DNA of 64,000 nucleotides from an uncultured delta proteobacterium (GTDB taxonomy: Bacteria; Myxococcota_A; Polyangia; Polyangiales; Polyangiaceae): the NCBI GenBank assembly GCA_963716725.1, contig CAVQUB010000015.1:480001-544000 (forward strand), in the 5' to 3' direction. The position numbers and the translations under genes were made by a program. Below are positions 60,512 through 64,000 of the stretch, piece after piece. Numbering within the stretch: the first letter of the stretch is position 1; each line of letters begins with the position of its first letter. The notes under the pieces were generated by a model. The model saw only the letters and a list, made by a program, of their open reading frames with translations, had not been told where the DNA came from and searched no databases.

Positions 60512-62188
60512 CTAGAGCGCGAGGGTGAGCGACGAGCCCACGGGCCTGATCGACGTGGCGCCCGCGGGCCAGGCTACGCCGTCGCGCATCAGCAGGAACT
60601 GGGTCTCGCTGTCGTGCCCGACGGAGGTCGCAAAGCTCTTGACGGTGCCGATCACCGAGCCTGAAGCGTCGAGGATCTCCACCGTGCGCTCGGCCGAGAG
60701 CACCGGCCAGGGTGAGTCGATGTCCGAGCCCCACTCCAGCGTGCCGTCGCCGCCCAAGATGGCCGTGCGGAACTTGCCCGGAGCGCGCATCGCGTCCTTG
60801 GAGACCATCAGCGCACCGGCGCCGTTCACGTACGAGATGCGCTTGAACATCTTGTTGAAGGTCCAGTCGGCGACCCAGTTCGGATCGCAGTAGGCCATGA
60901 TGTCCTTGTATTTAGCCGGATCGAGGAAGGTCTTGGTGAGGACGTTCCAGCCGGGAGTGCCGATGCTGGCGCCGGCGTAGGGATACGCCGGGTCGATGTT
61001 CTGAGGCATCGCTCCGCCCTGGCCGCAGGGCGCGTGCAGCAAGCCCAAGGTGTGCCCGACCTCGTGGTTCATCGTGTCCGGCGAGCCCGGGTTGCCATCG
61101 TTCGGGAAGTACCCGAGGCCCATGCCAGCTCGTCCCGTGGGGTCGTTGGCCTGTGGCGTGGTCGAGAGCCCCGCCACGCACGCGCCCTGACACCACCCCA
61201 TGAACGACTGCCCGGGCGTGATCAGCCCGTAGTAGTAGGTCTGCGCCGGTGGCTTGTCCGCGGAGCGGAGCTGCATCAACCAGCTGAGGGCCTGACTCCA
61301 GCCCGAGCCCGTGCGCTGCGGCACCGATCCCGGATAGGTCGCGGGCGCGCGCACTTCGACCTTGATCTCGCCGACGGGATACATCTTGAACAGCGCGTCG
61401 CGATAGATTTGGACCTCGGCCGGTCCGGACTTTGGAGTGATGCCAGCGGTGACCATCGGCACCAGCATGACGGTGAACGTGCCCGAGCTCTGCGCGCCCA
61501 GGTTGACCGCGCCGAACTTCGCCTTGTCGGTCGAACCCGTGAAATTTCCGCCGGCCGACGCCTCGAGCAAGCTCAGCGTGTAGGTCGAGCCAGCTTTGAT
61601 CGATCCGGGTGGGATCGAGACCTGGATGGTCGAGTTGGTGTCGGCCTCGTTGGAAGGCCCGCCGATGAAAGCCTTGCCATCGAAGCTCGCCGTGGTGCCG
61701 CCGGCGAGTTCGAGCCGGGCGACGATCTCGCGGCCTTGGTAACCGGCCTCGGGCGTGACGAACACGCGCACCACGCCCTCGCGATCCACGACCACCGGAG
61801 CGTTGCGCGGTGGTTCGCCCCAGTCCTTCATCAGCGGCAGCTTGACCCCTTGGTAAAGATCGATGCCGCTGATGGCGAGCCCCTTGGCCAAGCCGCCGGA
61901 GGGCAGCGTGCCGCCGGTGCCGCCGCTCGGTGCACCGCCGCCGCTCGGTGCGCCGCCGCTCGGTGCGCCGCCGCCGCCCGACGTGCCGCCCGTGTTCGAG
62001 ATGCCGCAGGCGGGAAAGCACTGCTGGATGTTCCCGGTGGCGCAGACGCAGAGGTCGTAGCAACCGGCGCAGGCGCTGCACGAGTTGTTCGAACAGTTCG
62101 GATCTGCCGCGCTTTGGTCGGACGAGCCGCACGAAAGGGCGAAGAGTCCAGCGGCGACGAGCAATGAAAGCGAAAGAATGCGCACCAT
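60512..62188 (-). CDS. Zinc metalloprotease lipoprotein (M66-like metzincin)
   Basis: Lipobox ALSC; Cys-rich and Gly-rich N-terminus; HEVGHTLGLLHAPC; Met-turn DIMAYC. Confidence 0.85.
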   Translation of the reverse strand: MVRILSLSLLVAAGLFALSCGSSDQSAADPNCSNNSCSACAGCYDLCVCATGNIQQCFPACGISNTGGTSGGGGAPSGGAPSGGGAPSGGTGGTLPSGGLAKGLAISGIDLYQGVKLPLMKDWGEPPRNAPVVVDREGVVRVFVTPEAGYQGREIVARLELAGGTTASFDGKAFIGGPSNEADTNSTIQVSIPPGSIKAGSTYTLSLLEASAGGNFTGSTDKAKFGAVNLGAQSSGTFTVMLVPMVTAGITPKSGPAEVQIYRDALFKMYPVGEIKVEVRAPATYPGSVPQRTGSGWSQALSWLMQLRSADKPPAQTYYYGLITPGQSFMGWCQGACVAGLSTTPQANDPTGRAGMGLGYFPNDGNPGSPDTMNHEVGHTLGLLHAPCGQGGAMPQNIDPAYPYAGASIGTPGWNVLTKTFLDPAKYKDIMAYCDPNWVADWTFNKMFKRISYVNGAGALMVSKDAMRAPGKFRTAILGGDGTLEWGSDIDSPWPVLSAERTVEILDASGSVIGTVKSFATSVGHDSETQFLLMRDGVAWPAGATSIRPVGSSLTLAL

Positions 62189-62285
62189 TTTGGCTCCGGC
62201 TGCCGGCATTGGAGCATGTACCGGGCGCTTGGCCAGCGCCAAGTGCACGTGCGCCCATCACGCCCGCCGCCCAGCCTGGAATGTT

Positions 62286-63557
62286 TCAGTCAGCCAGGAA
62301 TGCGTCGAGCCCCGACGCCTCGTCGAGGCGCCGCCAGTACCGCGACAGGCGCGCGCGCCGGGAGCGAGCGCGCAGGGCCGCCTCCCAGCGAGCCTCCAGC
62401 TCGTCGGCCTGCGCGAAGGCCTCGGGGGCGTGCGCCCTGCCGAAGCTGCGCTCGAAGTCGTCGCGCTCGGCCGCGATCAACCCGAGGGCCGCGTCGAGAT
62501 CGACCAGCGCGAGTCGATGCAAACGTTCGTGGCGCCACCAGAGCGCGCGCGGATCGTAGCGCCCCGTCGGCGCACCAAGGTCGGGCAACTCGCCGCCGAC
62601 CTTCACGGGTTTGAACAGCGAGAGACAGGGCGCCGCTGTCGCCGTGACGAAGCACGCTGAGTCCTCGCCGTTCAGTTCTGCAACCAGTGAACCGGTGGTC
62701 TGCCCGTGTGCGCGAGTCGGCAGCGGTCCCGCGTGGGCGCAGACCGTCTGAAAGAGGCCCGAGAGCGCGCGTCTGGGTCGATCGGGCGAGCCGTGTTGCC
62801 GGAGCGCGCTGATGGCGGTCAGCGCTGAGATGCGGCCACGACTTCGATCGAGGAACCGCTCGGTGCAACTCCGCCGTCGCGCGGCGGAGGCGGCGGCGGT
62901 GATCACGGGATCCCCGAAAGTGCCGGAGAAATCCAGGCGATCTCGGCCAGGCCGAAGCCCATAGTCCCGCGCTCGCGCCCTGAGCCCTTCGCTCGACAGA
63001 TCCCAATCGTCGCGCAGCGTGAGCCCATTGGAAATCGCACGCACGCCATGCACTTGCTTGGCGACCCACGCCCGCGCGGCGGTCTCGAGCACCCACGCCT
63101 CGGAGCCGTCCGCGATCAAGAAGCTGTTGTGGTAGCGGAACGACGCGCGGTGCCCGGCGTTGCCGCCTTGACCGTGGGTCTCGAGCAGCTCGCCGATGAC
63201 ACGCACCGCAGCGGGTGCCGACGTCGCGCGCTCGAGGCCGAGCCGCACCAGGTCCATTCCGGTCAGGCCAGCGTCGGCGTGCGGCGCGCGGGTGAACACC
63301 GCCTCGTTGCCGATGGCCACGCCGGCGTCGTTCACTCCCATTTCCGCGCCCCACATCCAATAGGGGCGGCAGAGCAGCGCGCTTCGTGTGCGCGACGGGC
63401 CAGGCAGGTCGATGGCCGTGCAGCGGGTGACTGCTTCGGACCGCGCCGCGACGAGCTCGACCGCCTGGGCCTCACCCGGCTCTCGATCGCTGTTCTTGGC
63501 GAAGAGCATCCGGCGGTCGCGGGTGACCTCCGGCGTCGCTACGAGGGTGTCGCACAT
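62286..63557 (-). CDS. C69-family dipeptidase / secernin-like Ntn hydrolase
   Basis: MCDTLVA, FAKNSDRE, WMWGAEMGVN..GVAIGNEA, GMDLVRLGLER, YHNSFLIAD. Confidence 0.9.
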   Translation of the reverse strand: MCDTLVATPEVTRDRRMLFAKNSDREPGEAQAVELVAARSEAVTRCTAIDLPGPSRTRSALLCRPYWMWGAEMGVNDAGVAIGNEAVFTRAPHADAGLTGMDLVRLGLERATSAPAAVRVIGELLETHGQGGNAGHRASFRYHNSFLIADGSEAWVLETAARAWVAKQVHGVRAISNGLTLRDDWDLSSEGLRARARDYGLRPGRDRLDFSGTFGDPVITAAASAARRRSCTERFLDRSRGRISALTAISALRQHGSPDRPRRALSGLFQTVCAHAGPLPTRAHGQTTGSLVAELNGEDSACFVTATAAPCLSLFKPVKVGGELPDLGAPTGRYDPRALWWRHERLHRLALVDLDAALGLIAAERDDFERSFGRAHAPEAFAQADELEARWEAALRARSRRARLSRYWRRLDEASGLDAFLAD

Positions 63558-63599
63558 GGGTTCTTGACAACTCCGATGCGTGAATGCACAAAGTGGGGC

Positions 63600-64000
63600 G
63601 TGAAGCTGTCGAACAAGGGGCGATACGCCGTCCGGGCGCTGTTCGACATCGCATTCTACAACGACGGCCGGCCCACCCAGGTCAAGGACATCGCGGAGCG
63701 CGAGGGCATTCCTCCGCGCTTCCTGGAGCAGATCTTCCAGGATCTCAAGCGCGCCAACATCGTCGGCAGCAAGCGCGGGCCCCAGGGCGGGTACAGCCTG
63801 GCCCGGCGCGCGGTCGACATCAGAATCGGCGACGTGGTTCGGGCCATCGAGGGCCCCATCCTGCTCACCGAGCGAACTGAACCCGGCGCGCGACGCGGCA
63901 AGACCGGCGCCGACGGCCGCACCGTCACCGACGCCGCCTTTCGGGAGCTCTCCCTGCGCATCGAGGCATGCTTCGACGCCATGACCATCGCGGATCTCTG
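63600..64000 (+). CDS. Rrf2-family transcriptional regulator (partial, runs off the window)
   Basis: Manual translation: MKLSNKGRYAVRALFDIA...IAEREGIPPRFLEQIFQDLKRANIVGSKRGPQGGYSLAR. Confidence 0.92.
   Translation, partial: MKLSNKGRYAVRALFDIAFYNDGRPTQVKDIAEREGIPPRFLEQIFQDLKRANIVGSKRGPQGGYSLARRAVDIRIGDVVRAIEGPILLTERTEPGARRGKTGADGRTVTDAAFRELSLRIEACFDAMTIADL

Overview
A GC-rich bacterial chromosomal segment. The gene content (Gly/Ser- and Cys-rich lipoproteins, a TonB-CTD-fused receptor, FGE-fold lipoproteins, an AAA-TPR protein) suggests Myxococcota, probably Polyangiales; this is inference. The backbone is housekeeping and cell-envelope genes: dut, accD-folC-yajQ-glmM-ABC-nagZ, tkt, mltG-ruvX, hisS, argC-argB, pcm, an L,D-transpeptidase, a VanW protein, thiS, miaB, an acyl-CoA ligase, a MATE pump and an Rrf2 regulator. 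Accessory DNA comprises two type II TA pairs, an orphan DUF433 gene, a degenerate GxxExxY nuclease gene between inverted repeats, and a 2.8-kb element bounded by ~70-bp inverted repeats that carries an HNH endonuclease and an internally deleted IS1182-like transposase. The most notable non-coding signals are (i) a leader-peptide/antiterminator/terminator attenuator upstream of the MATE pump, (ii) the inverted-repeat-bounded nuclease cassettes, (iii) a 74-75-bp tandem repeat at the argB 3' end and (iv) two sigma54-like promoters with identical spacing to their ATG. Several genes carry single-base indels that look like long-read consensus errors. I saw no rRNA, tRNA, CRISPR array or cas gene. 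All family assignments come from motif recognition by eye, not from database searches.
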